This document shows, one piece after another, positions 1 to 8,522 of a stretch of 24,000 nt of DNA. The position numbers and the translations under genes were made by a program. The notes beneath the pieces are model-generated. The model was not told the origin of the DNA. It saw only the letters and a list, made by a program, of their open reading frames with translations, and searched no databases. This stretch comes from Gammaproteobacteria bacterium (lineage in GTDB: Bacteria; Pseudomonadota; Gammaproteobacteria; HTCC5015), in assembly GCA_965230615.1 (NCBI GenBank), contig OZ246012.1, positions 3,877,511-3,901,510 of the forward strand, given 5' to 3'. Position 1 is the first letter of the stretch, and each line of letters begins with the position of its first letter.

Positions 1-178
1 GTGTCAGGTCATAGTCAAGCTCTTGCATAAATTCTATTGCGCGCTCATTAACTTTTCCAGATGGCTTAGAGCCAGCGCTGAAGATTTTGATATCTGCTGG
101 AGCGTGTATATGTCCAAAAGCTTCAGCCATTTGACTGCGACAAGAATTTTCGATGCAAACGAATAAAATATTTTTCAT
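1..178 (-). CDS. arsC: Arsenate reductase, LMW-PTP (thioredoxin-coupled type) ArsC family; N-terminal part only, gene runs off the left edge
   Basis: Not in the ORF track because the window truncates it. Hand translation from ATG (complement of 176-178): MKNILFVCIENSCRSQMAEAFGHIHAPADIKIFSAGSKPSGKVNERAIEFMQELDYDLT... It carries the C-X5-R(S) phosphatase loop CIENSCRS and the SQMAE context typical of LMW-PTP-type ArsC. AGGA lies about 11 nt upstream. It starts 47 nt downstream of the aquaporin stop on the same strand. Confidence 0.8.
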   Translation of the reverse strand, partial: MKNILFVCIENSCRSQMAEAFGHIHAPADIKIFSAGSKPSGKVNERAIEFMQELDYDLT

Positions 179-225
179 AGTAAATAATTCCTAGAGTCCA
201 AAATACCTGGGTGAGCTTGCGAGTT

Positions 226-897
226 TTATTGTGGTTGGCAGCAGTTTTTGTTCTGTGTTAGTCGGCAGCCAGTGACAGCCAGTCGTGCACCTATGCAGGG
301 TGCGAGCAGATAAAGCCATAAGGTATCCCATTGTGCTGCCCAGACAGCTGGGCCCAGTGAGCGTGCTGGGTTCATTGAGGCGCCAGTGATTGGGCCAGCA
401 AAAAAAGCTTCGAGTCCGACTGTGCCACCGACCGTAAGCGCAATGAATAACAGCCCTGGTTTTAATGCACTCACATTTAAAATAACAGCAACTAATACAA
501 AGCTTAAAAAGATTTCCAGCAGGAAAGCTTGTGCTTGACTGATAGAAGGTCCTGGCAGGCTTGCGCCAAGATTATTTGGCTGTTCGAAAAATAAAAATAA
601 TAAACCCGCTGCAGCTAAAGCGCCACAGCACTGACTGAAAATATAAGACAGCATGTCTTTGGATGATATTTGTCCGCAGAAACGAAAGGCAATGGTGACC
701 GCTGGGTTGATATGGGCACCGGAGATGGGGCCCAGTAATAAAATCATAGCAGCGACAATCAAGCCAAACGAGAGTGCAATACCCAGCAGCCCAATCGCTT
801 CGCTATTGAACTCATGATACGCCGCAGAACCAGCGCCAATCAGTACGAGTAAGAAAGTGCCGGCAAATTCGGCGATATAAGTTTTGTTGAGCCACAT
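226..897 (-). CDS. MIP-family channel (aquaporin), NIP/AqpN-like putative metalloid (arsenite) channel
   Basis: Two NPA boxes (GAHINPAVT and GASMNPARSLGPA) and six hydrophobic spans. The GASMNPARSLGP form of the second box is the NIP-like type. I place the start at internal Met34 (MWLNKTYIAEFAGTFLL), which gives the usual short MIP N-terminus. The ORF stays open upstream to 996. It lies directly upstream of arsC on the same strand. Confidence 0.85.
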   Translation of the reverse strand: MWLNKTYIAEFAGTFLLVLIGAGSAAYHEFNSEAIGLLGIALSFGLIVAAMILLLGPISGAHINPAVTIAFRFCGQISSKDMLSYIFSQCCGALAAAGLLFLFFEQPNNLGASLPGPSISQAQAFLLEIFLSFVLVAVILNVSALKPGLLFIALTVGGTVGLEAFFAGPITGASMNPARSLGPAVWAAQWDTLWLYLLAPCIGARLAVTGCRLTQNKNCCQPQ

Positions 898-1042
898 AAC
901 GTTAATATACGCGTTTTTTTTAACAAAGTGATTAAAAGTAAGTTGTTGTACGAATAAAGCAGCTGAGGAGGGCGGTTTTATTTTTATTTTCAACATGCTA
1001 AGCTGATTAAAAACAAAATATTAAGACTAAAGACCAAATATC

Positions 1043-2053
1043 ATGCTTAATTCAGCCCAGCAGCGCAAGCCTGCAGTTGCCATCGAAAGCGATTTTAGTT
1101 GTGACCAAATTAAACCCAGCAAATATGTGCCTACGCTCCAAGAAGATGTGAGTTCTGGCTTGTTAACTAAGCCCCGCAGTTTACCACCAAAGTACTTTTA
1201 TGATGAAGTCGGTTCGGACTTGTTTGATCAAATATGTGATACCAAAGAGTATTACCCAACACGGGCAGAGTCGGCGTTGTTGCAGGAGTTTGCGGCTAGC
1301 ATAATCGAGTTGACTACGCCTTCAAATATTATTGAGCTTGGTAGTGGGACATCCCGCAAAACTCGTCACTTACTAGATATGTGTGAGCAGCAAGGTTTGA
1401 GTCCTAAATATTGGCCTATGGATGTCTGTGAGCCGCTACTGCGTGATGTTGCTAAGGACTTAATGCAAGCCTATCCATGGTTAAATGTGAATGCTTTGGT
1501 GGGCGATTATCATGGTGGCTTTGCTCATTTCCCGAGTATCGCTGATAGTTTGTATGTTTTTATCGGTGGCACAATTGGTAATTTCGAGCATAAACAGGCT
1601 GTGACACTGCTATCTGAGTTACGCGAAACCATGGCGGAAGGTTGTAGCTTGTTACTTGGTTTTGACCGAATTAAAGATAGTGATGTTTTGCAAGCAGCTT
1701 ATAACGATGCTGCGGGTGTGACAGCCGCATTTAATCTCAATTTGCTCAATGTCTTGAATAAAGATTTGGAAGCGAATTTTGATGCCGGTGGCTTTCGCCA
1801 TACCGCTATATATAATAGTGAAGCCCAACGGATAGAGATGTATTTAATTGCCCAGCAGGAGCAGAAAGTCGATATTCTTGGTATGGGTGAAACGTTGCAT
1901 ATGTACAAAGATGAAAAGATACTCACAGAGATCAGCCGCAAGTTTACCTTGGAATCTATGACGCAATTACTGGATGAAAGCGGCTATCGGGTTGATAATC
2001 ACTTTGAAGCAAGCCAAGGGTTCTACTCTCTTGTGTTAGCGAGCCCTGCCTGA
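1043..2053 (+). CDS. egtD: EgtD-like SAM-dependent amino-acid N-alpha-methyltransferase (histidine betaine/hercynine synthase family)
   Basis: N-terminal signature PPKYFYDEVGSDLFDQICDTKEYYPTRAESALL matches the EgtD family motif (K-x-FYD-x-x-G-S-x-LF-x-x-I-x-x-x-x-EYY-x-TR-x-E). It also has the SAM motif ELGSGTSRKT and the substrate-loop motif GGTIGNF. Length 336 aa fits the family. Confidence 0.75.
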   Translation: MLNSAQQRKPAVAIESDFSCDQIKPSKYVPTLQEDVSSGLLTKPRSLPPKYFYDEVGSDLFDQICDTKEYYPTRAESALLQEFAASIIELTTPSNIIELGSGTSRKTRHLLDMCEQQGLSPKYWPMDVCEPLLRDVAKDLMQAYPWLNVNALVGDYHGGFAHFPSIADSLYVFIGGTIGNFEHKQAVTLLSELRETMAEGCSLLLGFDRIKDSDVLQAAYNDAAGVTAAFNLNLLNVLNKDLEANFDAGGFRHTAIYNSEAQRIEMYLIAQQEQKVDILGMGETLHMYKDEKILTEISRKFTLESMTQLLDESGYRVDNHFEASQGFYSLVLASPA

Positions 2054-2182
2054 TTTTTTATCTTCTTGATTGCCTTCAATCAGCCTGCGACTACAAATTT
2101 TGTCGCTAAATGGCCTTTTTGGAAGTTTGATTATTATTTGCAAGTCATAATAATCTGAACTTTGTCTATAATTGTAACTGCG

Positions 2183-2211
2183 ATGTAACAAAGCCTTCAT
2201 AAAATCCTATC
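2183..2211 (+). promoter_or_regulatory. Pho-box-like direct repeats upstream of phoB
   Basis: ATGTAAC-AAAG-CCTTCAT-AAAA-TCCTATC is a set of 7-bp repeats with 4-bp A/T-rich spacers at 11-bp periodicity. It resembles the E. coli Pho box (CTGTCAT-AAAA-CTGTCAT). A further weaker unit, AAGTCAT, sits at 2142-2148. TATATA at 2226-2231 could serve as a -10. Confidence 0.5.
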
Positions 2212-2269
2212 GCGTCGTAACTTGGTATATATAGACGTTTTAATAAGTCGTTACATGGTCCCTGAGAAT

Positions 2270-2959
2270 ATGAGTGCCAAACACGTATTGATAGTTGAAG
2301 ATGAAGTTGCCATCCGTGAAATGGTTGGTTTTGCAATGCGGCGCGCTGGCTATGTGCTCAGTGAAGCTGCCGATGGGCGTGAAGCGCAAATTCAAGTAGC
2401 CGAGCAAGTCCCAGATGTTGTACTGATGGACTGGATGCTGCCTGATGTGAGTGGTATAGAGCTGGTGCGCCAATTTAAGCGCGATGAGCTCACCAAGAAA
2501 GTGCCCATTATTATGTTAACAGCGCGTAGTGAAGAAGATGATAAAGTTTACGGGCTAGATGCTGGCGCTGACGATTATGTGACAAAGCCTTTTTCACCAA
2601 AAGAGCTGCTGGCACGAATCAGGGCGGTATTGAGACGGGGAGATGGGCAGGATGAGGAAGAAATCATCCGAATTGGTGAGTTGGAACTTAACAGTAGTTC
2701 GCACCGTGTGAGTGCTGGTCAGCGTGAAATTAGCATGGGGCCGACTGAGTTTCGCTTGCTAAAGTTTTTTATGACTCATCAAGATCGGGTCTATAGCCGA
2801 GCGCAATTGCTGGATCATGTCTGGGGACGCAATGCCTATGTTGAAGATCGCACAGTTGATGTGCATGTATTGCGGCTGCGTAAGCTTTTAAAGCCCTTTG
2901 ATTTTCACTCTTTGATCCAGACCGTGCGGGGTTCAGGGTACCGTTTTTCCGGTAAATAA
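2270..2959 (+). CDS. phoB: Phosphate regulon response regulator PhoB (OmpR family)
   Basis: Colinear with my recollection of E. coli PhoB along its length: ILIVEDE..., DWMLP..SG, MLTAR.EE.D...GL..GADDY.TKPFSPKEL.ARI.AV.RR, GPTEF.LL.FFMTH..RVYSR.QLL..VWG.N.YVEDRTVDVH..RLRK, VRG.GYRFS. Start placed at ATG 2270 (MSAKHVLIVEDE) rather than the TTG at 2222. Confidence 0.95.
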   Translation: MSAKHVLIVEDEVAIREMVGFAMRRAGYVLSEAADGREAQIQVAEQVPDVVLMDWMLPDVSGIELVRQFKRDELTKKVPIIMLTARSEEDDKVYGLDAGADDYVTKPFSPKELLARIRAVLRRGDGQDEEEIIRIGELELNSSSHRVSAGQREISMGPTEFRLLKFFMTHQDRVYSRAQLLDHVWGRNAYVEDRTVDVHVLRLRKLLKPFDFHSLIQTVRGSGYRFSGK

Positions 2960-3060
2960 GCTGTCTTTTCTTCTGATATCAGCAGCAAAGTAGTAAAGTA
3001 TTGGTTCGGTACCGATAATGAGTATTCGGTATGGCCTGTTGATTGTGTGTGAGATGAATA

Positions 3061-4383
3061 ATGTCAGATTCCTGGGTAGATGAGCGTCGGCGGTTTTATG
3101 CGGTTTTCTTCATCGGTTCACTGTTGGGCTGGCTGACAGGGTATTGGCTGGCAGCTTATCTGCTGATGACCGTACTTTATCTGGTTTGGCACTTATTACA
3201 ACTATTGCAGCTGGTTGCCTGGCTAAGAAGCGGGGCGAACTATCGAAAAGCACCTGATTTGTCAGGGGTTTGGGAGCTGTTAGTGCGTTTTGTATATAGT
3301 ATTCAGCGCCGACATCAGCAGCGTAAAGCGCGCTTTCGTAATTTATTATCACGCTTTAAGGATATTGCGGCAGCACTGCCAGATGGTGCAATAATCCTGA
3401 AGTCAAACAATGAGATAGAGTGGTCTAATGAGGTTGCCGAAGCCCTATTGGGGGTGCGCCAGCCCCAGGATAATGGGCAGCGTATCGACAATCTTATTCG
3501 TGACCCTGAATTCCATACCTATTTGCAGCGCGCTGAGTATGATGAGCCGTTGAATATTTTATCCCCGGCTGCTGAGCGTATTGAGTTAAATATTCGCCTT
3601 ATCCCTTTTGGTGATAGTGGTGAGCTGCTGCTGATGGCACGGGATATTAGTAGTTTTATGCGGCTGCAGGCGATGCGCCGGGATTTCGTTGCCAATGTAT
3701 CGCATGAACTACGCACACCACTGACGGTGATGTCAGGTTATCTGGAGGCATTGCAGGAAGAGCCGGATATACAGCAGGACCATCAGCATGCACTACGGTC
3801 AATTGATCAGCAGTCATCGAGAATGCTGCAGATTGTGGAGGACTTGCTCAAGCTATCCCGTTTGGAAAGCAAACTACATGGTGTGCCGGATACTGAAGTC
3901 AAAGTGCCAGCCTTATTGGGTGCTTTGCTAAACGATATTACCCATTTGGCAGCCGAGTCGCGACATATCATAGACCAGCATATCGATCAGCTGGTGACGG
4001 TCACCGGCTCTGATAATGAACTCAATAGCCTGTTTTCGAATCTAATTCATAATGCCTTACGACATACGCCAGCGGGCACGGTCGTTAAAGTGAGTTGGTA
4101 TCTGGATGAACATCAGGCTGTTTTTGAAGTTGAAGATAATGGTCCTGGTATTGCGCCTGAATACCTACCGCGTTTAACCGAGCGTTTCTATCGGGTTGAT
4201 GCGGGTCGTTCCCGCGATGTGGGAGGGACCGGACTGGGCTTATCCATCGTAAAGCATATTGTACTGCGCCACGGTGGTGACCTGAATATAAACAGTGTGG
4301 TGGGGCAGGGTACTTGTTTTACCTGTCGTTTTCCGGCTGGCCGCACAGTAATAGACAATGGGTTTCGGCAGCAATCACTATAG
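3061..4383 (+). CDS. phoR: Phosphate regulon sensor histidine kinase PhoR
   Basis: Two N-terminal TM spans, a charged linker (QRRHQQRKARFRNLLSRF), a PAS-like segment, the H-box FVANVSHELRTPLTV, and the N/G boxes NLIHNALRHTP, EVEDNGPGIAPE..PRLTERFYRVD and GGTGLGLSIVKH. Colinear with E. coli PhoR and immediately downstream of phoB. Confidence 0.93.
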   Translation: MSDSWVDERRRFYAVFFIGSLLGWLTGYWLAAYLLMTVLYLVWHLLQLLQLVAWLRSGANYRKAPDLSGVWELLVRFVYSIQRRHQQRKARFRNLLSRFKDIAAALPDGAIILKSNNEIEWSNEVAEALLGVRQPQDNGQRIDNLIRDPEFHTYLQRAEYDEPLNILSPAAERIELNIRLIPFGDSGELLLMARDISSFMRLQAMRRDFVANVSHELRTPLTVMSGYLEALQEEPDIQQDHQHALRSIDQQSSRMLQIVEDLLKLSRLESKLHGVPDTEVKVPALLGALLNDITHLAAESRHIIDQHIDQLVTVTGSDNELNSLFSNLIHNALRHTPAGTVVKVSWYLDEHQAVFEVEDNGPGIAPEYLPRLTERFYRVDAGRSRDVGGTGLGLSIVKHIVLRHGGDLNINSVVGQGTCFTCRFPAGRTVIDNGFRQQSL

Positions 4384-4418
4384 AGTTTTTCTAAGTGCTT
4401 GATTTTTATGCGGATTTT

Positions 4419-4452
4419 GCGTCATAAATTTGTCATAAATTCTTAATATACT
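4419..4452 (+). promoter_or_regulatory. Pho box plus -10 element of the pstS promoter
   Basis: GCGTCAT-AAAT-TTGTCAT-AAAT (4419-4440) is two 11-bp units matching the CTGTCAT-A/T4 consensus at 5/7 and 6/7 positions. TATACT follows at 4447-4452, 10 nt after the second heptamer. This is the geometry expected for PhoB-activated promoters, which lack a -35. Confidence 0.7.
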
Positions 4453-4645
4453 GCTGCTCCAGGTTGGACGGTGGAAGCGAGTCGTATTTGAGGCCTGGGC
4501 TTTAGCCAATGCTATTTCAAATGCAGCAAACGAGCCTAAGGTGCTTGTTGTAAGTGCCAACAGGTCTATGAGGTCTTATCTGTGATAGGTCCAGTGGAGG
4601 CAGGTAAGACAACACAATTTATTTACATATTATCTGGAGGATTGC

Positions 4646-5698
4646 GTGAAAAATTTCTCTCTCACGTTAGCAGTTGCTGTGATCAGTTTTATGGGCTTGA
4701 GTGCTCCATTGCAGGCTCAAACCAGCCGTGACCAAATTAATATCGTTGGTTCTTCTACTGTATTTCCTTTTTCCACGAAAGTAGCAGAGAAGTTTGGTAA
4801 ATCATCAAACTTTAAAACGCCTAAAATCGAGTCTACAGGCACGGGCGGCGGAATGAAGCTATTTTGTAAAGGTGTTGGTGTTGATCACCCTGATATTACC
4901 AATGCTTCTCGTCGGATTAAGAAGAGCGAGTATGATAAGTGCCAAAACAATGGTGTAACCGATATCATCGAAGTGCTGATTGGCTATGATGGCATCGTTT
5001 TAGCCAACTCCAAGTCTGCCAAACCGTTTGACCTTTCTCTACGGGATATTTACCTGGCCCTGGCAAAAGATGTGCCGGATCCGAAAGGTGGTGAAAAGCT
5101 GATACCTAACCCTTACAAAACCTGGAATGACGTGAATCCTGCGTTGCCAAAAGCGGAAATTCAAGTGCTTGGTCCACCACCGACTTCAGGTACGCGTGAT
5201 GCTTTCAATGAGTTGGCTATTGAGGGCGGTTGTAAAACGTTTCCTTGGCTTAAAGCGATGAAGAAGACGGACAAGAAAAAATATAAAGCCTTGTGCCGTA
5301 CGATTCGTGAAGACGGCCCATACATCGAAGCGGGTGAAAACGACAACCTGATTGTACAAAAACTGGTTGCTAACCCAAGTCAGTTAGGTGTGTTTGGTTT
5401 CAGCTTTTTGGATCAAAACTTAGATAAAGTCCAAGGCTCAACCATTAATGGTAACCCACCATCGTTTGAGAACATTGCTTCTGGTGATTATCCGGTATCA
5501 CGTCCACTGTACTTCTATGCGAAAAAAGCTCATATTGGCAAGGTACCAGGTATTGAAGCGTTTTTACGTGAGTTTACCAGTAATAAAGCGATTGGTGATG
5601 ATGGCTATTTACTTGATAAAGGTTTGATTCCCTTGTCGGTAGATGAGCGTAAGGTAGTTGTTGATGGTGTTAAGCAGCAAAAGCCACTGCAACTTTAA
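4646..5698 (+). CDS. pstS: Phosphate ABC transporter periplasmic substrate-binding protein, PstS family
   Basis: GTG start with GGAGG 7 nt upstream. Sec signal peptide (MKNFSLTLAVAVISFMGLSAPLQA|Q). PBP-like-2 motifs GSSTVFPF and SGTRDAF. First gene of pstSCAB-phoU. Confidence 0.9.
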   Translation: MKNFSLTLAVAVISFMGLSAPLQAQTSRDQINIVGSSTVFPFSTKVAEKFGKSSNFKTPKIESTGTGGGMKLFCKGVGVDHPDITNASRRIKKSEYDKCQNNGVTDIIEVLIGYDGIVLANSKSAKPFDLSLRDIYLALAKDVPDPKGGEKLIPNPYKTWNDVNPALPKAEIQVLGPPPTSGTRDAFNELAIEGGCKTFPWLKAMKKTDKKKYKALCRTIREDGPYIEAGENDNLIVQKLVANPSQLGVFGFSFLDQNLDKVQGSTINGNPPSFENIASGDYPVSRPLYFYAKKAHIGKVPGIEAFLREFTSNKAIGDDGYLLDKGLIPLSVDERKVVVDGVKQQKPLQL

Positions 5699-5754
5699 GC
5701 AAGCAGCTCAATTTCGCTCGATATTGACCGTTTAAGCTTGATTTGTCACGTACC

Positions 5755-5785
5755 TGCAACGGGAGTATTGTATGCTCCCGTTGCG
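5755..5785 (+). other. Intercistronic RNA stem-loop between pstS and pstC
   Basis: GCAACGGGAG (5756-5765) and CTCCCGTTGC (5775-5784) are perfect 10-bp complements. The stem extends inward by U-G, A-U and U-A pairs to a 3-nt loop. No T-run follows, so it looks like a processing or stability element rather than a full terminator. Confidence 0.6.
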
Positions 5786-5842
5786 CATTAAACAGCCGCC
5801 AAGCGTAAGCTTTACTCTCTATCTACTGGAAAAGTTAACAGT

Positions 5843-7231
5843 ATGCAGACGCCCGCATTGTTATTTTTACTTGTGCTTATGGTGATGGCCGCTTATTACC
5901 TGGGTATTAAGCGTTCCTTGAATGTGGCTGCTGCCTCAGGTCAGGGGCGTCGCAGTTTGCACTCTTTGCCAAGCTATTATGGTTTCTTAACCGCTATCTG
6001 GTGTGGTATTCCTGCGGTTATTATTTTAGTTGGCTGGATCGTTTTTCAAGATAGCATTATTACAGGATTGGTAACGGCGGCTTTGCCAGCTGAGTATGCT
6101 GCTTATAGCCAGGCTGAACTCACGCTGGTATTGAATGATATTAAAAACTTGGTCAATGGTGATGCCAGTAGCAATAACAGTCCAGCGATTCAGGCAGCAG
6201 CAGAGCAGTATCTGCGCCTGGAGCGCATAAGCCGCATGGCCTTGTCTGTGGTGGTGTTGGTTTTGGCAGGGGTTGGTGCTGCGGTTGCCTGGTTTTTAAT
6301 TAAGCCCAGTCTACGTGCCAGAAATCAAGTGGAGTCAATTATTAAACTGTTGCTCCTTTTGAGCTCAACGATTGCTATTCTTACCACTGTGGGTATTGTG
6401 CTATCGGTGTTGTTTGAGTCAGTACGCTTTTTTGGAAAGGTGCCTATCAATGAGTTTCTGTTCGGTACACACTGGAGTCCGCAAATTGCGCTTCGGGCAG
6501 ATCAGCAGGCAGCATCAGGCTCATTTGGCGCCATCCCATTATTTCTGGGTACATTATTGATTTCAGGTATTGCCATGGTGGTTGCAGTACCTATTGGCCT
6601 GATGTCGGCAATTTATTTATCAGAATATGCGGACCGTCGGGTTAGAAGTATTGTTAAGCCGTTGTTAGAAATATTGGCGGGGATTCCAACGGTTGTCTAT
6701 GGTGTATTTGCAGTGATCACGGTTGCCCCTTTAGTGCGTGACTTTGGCGCAGCGATTGATTTGAGTGTTTCTTCAGAAAGTGCGCTGGTTGCCGGTATGG
6801 TGATGGGCGTTATGATTATTCCATTTGTTTCTTCCTTGTCGGATGATGTGATTAACGCAGTGCCACAAGCGTTACGTGATGGTGCTTTTGGTTTGGGTGC
6901 AACCCGTTCAGAAGCCATTAAACAGGTTGTTATTCCAGCGGCGTTGCCGGGTATTGTGGGTGGTGTGTTATTAGCGGTGTCACGTGCGATCGGTGAGACA
7001 ATGATTGTTGTGATGGCAGCTGGCTTGGCGGCCAATTTAACTGTCAATCCTTTAGAGACCGTAACAACCGTGACAGTACAAATTGTTACTTTGTTAATTG
7101 GTGATCAGGAGTTTGATAGTGCCAAGACATTAGCTGCTTTTGCCCTTGGTTTAATGCTGTTTGTTGTAACCCTGATACTGAATGTGATTGCACTGCATGT
7201 AGTGCGTAAATATCGAGAGCAATATGAATAA
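5843..7231 (+). CDS. pstC: Phosphate ABC transporter permease PstC (long form)
   Basis: Multi-TM protein with the ABC permease EAA-type loop (RDGAFGLGATRSEAIKQVVIPAALPGI). Its position is pstS-pstC-pstA. It has about 140 extra N-terminal residues relative to E. coli PstC, as in long-form PstC proteins. Confidence 0.9.
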   Translation: MQTPALLFLLVLMVMAAYYLGIKRSLNVAAASGQGRRSLHSLPSYYGFLTAIWCGIPAVIILVGWIVFQDSIITGLVTAALPAEYAAYSQAELTLVLNDIKNLVNGDASSNNSPAIQAAAEQYLRLERISRMALSVVVLVLAGVGAAVAWFLIKPSLRARNQVESIIKLLLLLSSTIAILTTVGIVLSVLFESVRFFGKVPINEFLFGTHWSPQIALRADQQAASGSFGAIPLFLGTLLISGIAMVVAVPIGLMSAIYLSEYADRRVRSIVKPLLEILAGIPTVVYGVFAVITVAPLVRDFGAAIDLSVSSESALVAGMVMGVMIIPFVSSLSDDVINAVPQALRDGAFGLGATRSEAIKQVVIPAALPGIVGGVLLAVSRAIGETMIVVMAAGLAANLTVNPLETVTTVTVQIVTLLIGDQEFDSAKTLAAFALGLMLFVVTLILNVIALHVVRKYREQYE

Positions 7232-8498
7232 TACTGCAAAAGTCGAGAAAAGCTTAAAAAAACGCTATCGCTCAGAGTGGCGTTTTCGTATGTATGGCAT
7301 CGCGTCTATTGGCGTGGCCTTGGCTTTCCTTTTGGTGCTGCTATCCTCGGTGGTTGTTAAAGGTATCCCTGCTTTTCAGAAGGCCTATGTACAGCTGGAT
7401 ATTACCTTCGATGTAGATTTGCTAGAAATTTATAATATTAACGACCCAGATGAAGTCGCTGCTGGTAATTATGAGGCCTTGGTCAGAGCTGCCATGCGAG
7501 AGATTTTTCCTGAGGTTAGCGGTCGGCGTGATAAGCGCGCATTATACGGCTTGGTCAGTGATGGTGCAGCTTATCAGCTTGGGGACATGCTCAGAGATGA
7601 TCTTAGCTTGCTCGGAACATCGCAAACCTTGTGGTTGTACGCCGATGATGATGTTGATACGTTCTTAAAAGGCAAGATTGACCGCAATCTGCCAGAGAGT
7701 GAGCGCCGACTCAAAGATAAACAAATCGCCTGGATCGATCATTTGCAGGCAGAAGGCGCTTTAAAGCAGGGCTTTAATTGGACATTTGTCAGTGCTGGTG
7801 ACTCACGTGAGCCTGAGCTGGCGGGTATTCGAGGTGCTTTGATGGGGTCTTTGTACACCCTGGTGGTAACGCTGCTATTGTCCTTCCCGCTAGGGGTTGC
7901 GGCAGCGATTTATCTGGAAGAGTTTGCGCCCAGTAATCGCTGGACAGACCTTATTGAGGTAAATATCAATAACTTAGCGGCGGTACCCTCAATTGTTTTC
8001 GGGCTTTTAGGCTTGGCTGTTTTTATTAACTTCTTTCATTTGCCGCGCTCAGCCCCAGTTGTTGGTGGTTTGGTGTTGGCATTAATGACATTGCCGACTA
8101 TTATTATTGCCAGTCGGGCGGCAATTCAGTCCGTGCCACCCTCGATTCGCGAAGCCGCATTGGGTGTTGGGGCGTCAAAAATGCAAATGGTATTACACCA
8201 TGTATTACCGTTAGCGCTGCCAGGCATGCTAACAGGCACTATTATTGGCATGGCCAGAGCCTTAGGTGAGTCGGCTCCCTTGTTGATGATTGGTATGGTG
8301 GCGTTTATTGTGGATGTGCCAGGTGGCGCATTTGATCCGGCCACAGTGCTACCTGTGCAGATTTACTTGTGGACCGATAGCCCCGAGCGGGCTTATGAGG
8401 AGCTCACCGCAGCCGCAATTATGGTATTAATGGCATTTTTGATTACCATGAACCTGCTGGCGGTAGTGTTGCGGCGAAAATTTGAGCGACGCTGGTAA
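7224..8498 (+). CDS. pstA: Phosphate ABC transporter permease PstA (long form)
   Basis: Overlaps the pstC stop by 8 nt (translational coupling). EAA loop REAALGVGASKMQMVLHHVLPLALPGM. A large soluble insert sits between TM1 and TM2. Confidence 0.9.
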   Translation: MNNTAKVEKSLKKRYRSEWRFRMYGIASIGVALAFLLVLLSSVVVKGIPAFQKAYVQLDITFDVDLLEIYNINDPDEVAAGNYEALVRAAMREIFPEVSGRRDKRALYGLVSDGAAYQLGDMLRDDLSLLGTSQTLWLYADDDVDTFLKGKIDRNLPESERRLKDKQIAWIDHLQAEGALKQGFNWTFVSAGDSREPELAGIRGALMGSLYTLVVTLLLSFPLGVAAAIYLEEFAPSNRWTDLIEVNINNLAAVPSIVFGLLGLAVFINFFHLPRSAPVVGGLVLALMTLPTIIIASRAAIQSVPPSIREAALGVGASKMQMVLHHVLPLALPGMLTGTIIGMARALGESAPLLMIGMVAFIVDVPGGAFDPATVLPVQIYLWTDSPERAYEELTAAAIMVLMAFLITMNLLAVVLRRKFERRW

Positions 8499-8522
8499 GC
8501 TTATTCTGATAGGATTATAACT

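Noticed and set aside
898-996. 33-codon N-terminal extension of the aquaporin ORF (MLKIKIKPPSSAALFVQQ...)
   Set aside because: MIP proteins start a few residues before the AEF.GT helix, and Met34 gives that architecture. The extension is lysine-rich and low-complexity, and it would leave only 46 bp for two divergent promoters. It cannot be excluded without N-terminal data.
2222-2269. TTG-initiated 16-codon extension of phoB
   Set aside because: Alignment to PhoB begins at MSAKHVLIVEDE. The extension overlaps the likely -10 and leader.
4378-4560. 60-aa minus-strand ORF in the pstS leader
   Set aside because: It has no RBS, overlaps the phoR stop and the Pho box/promoter, and has non-coding-like composition.
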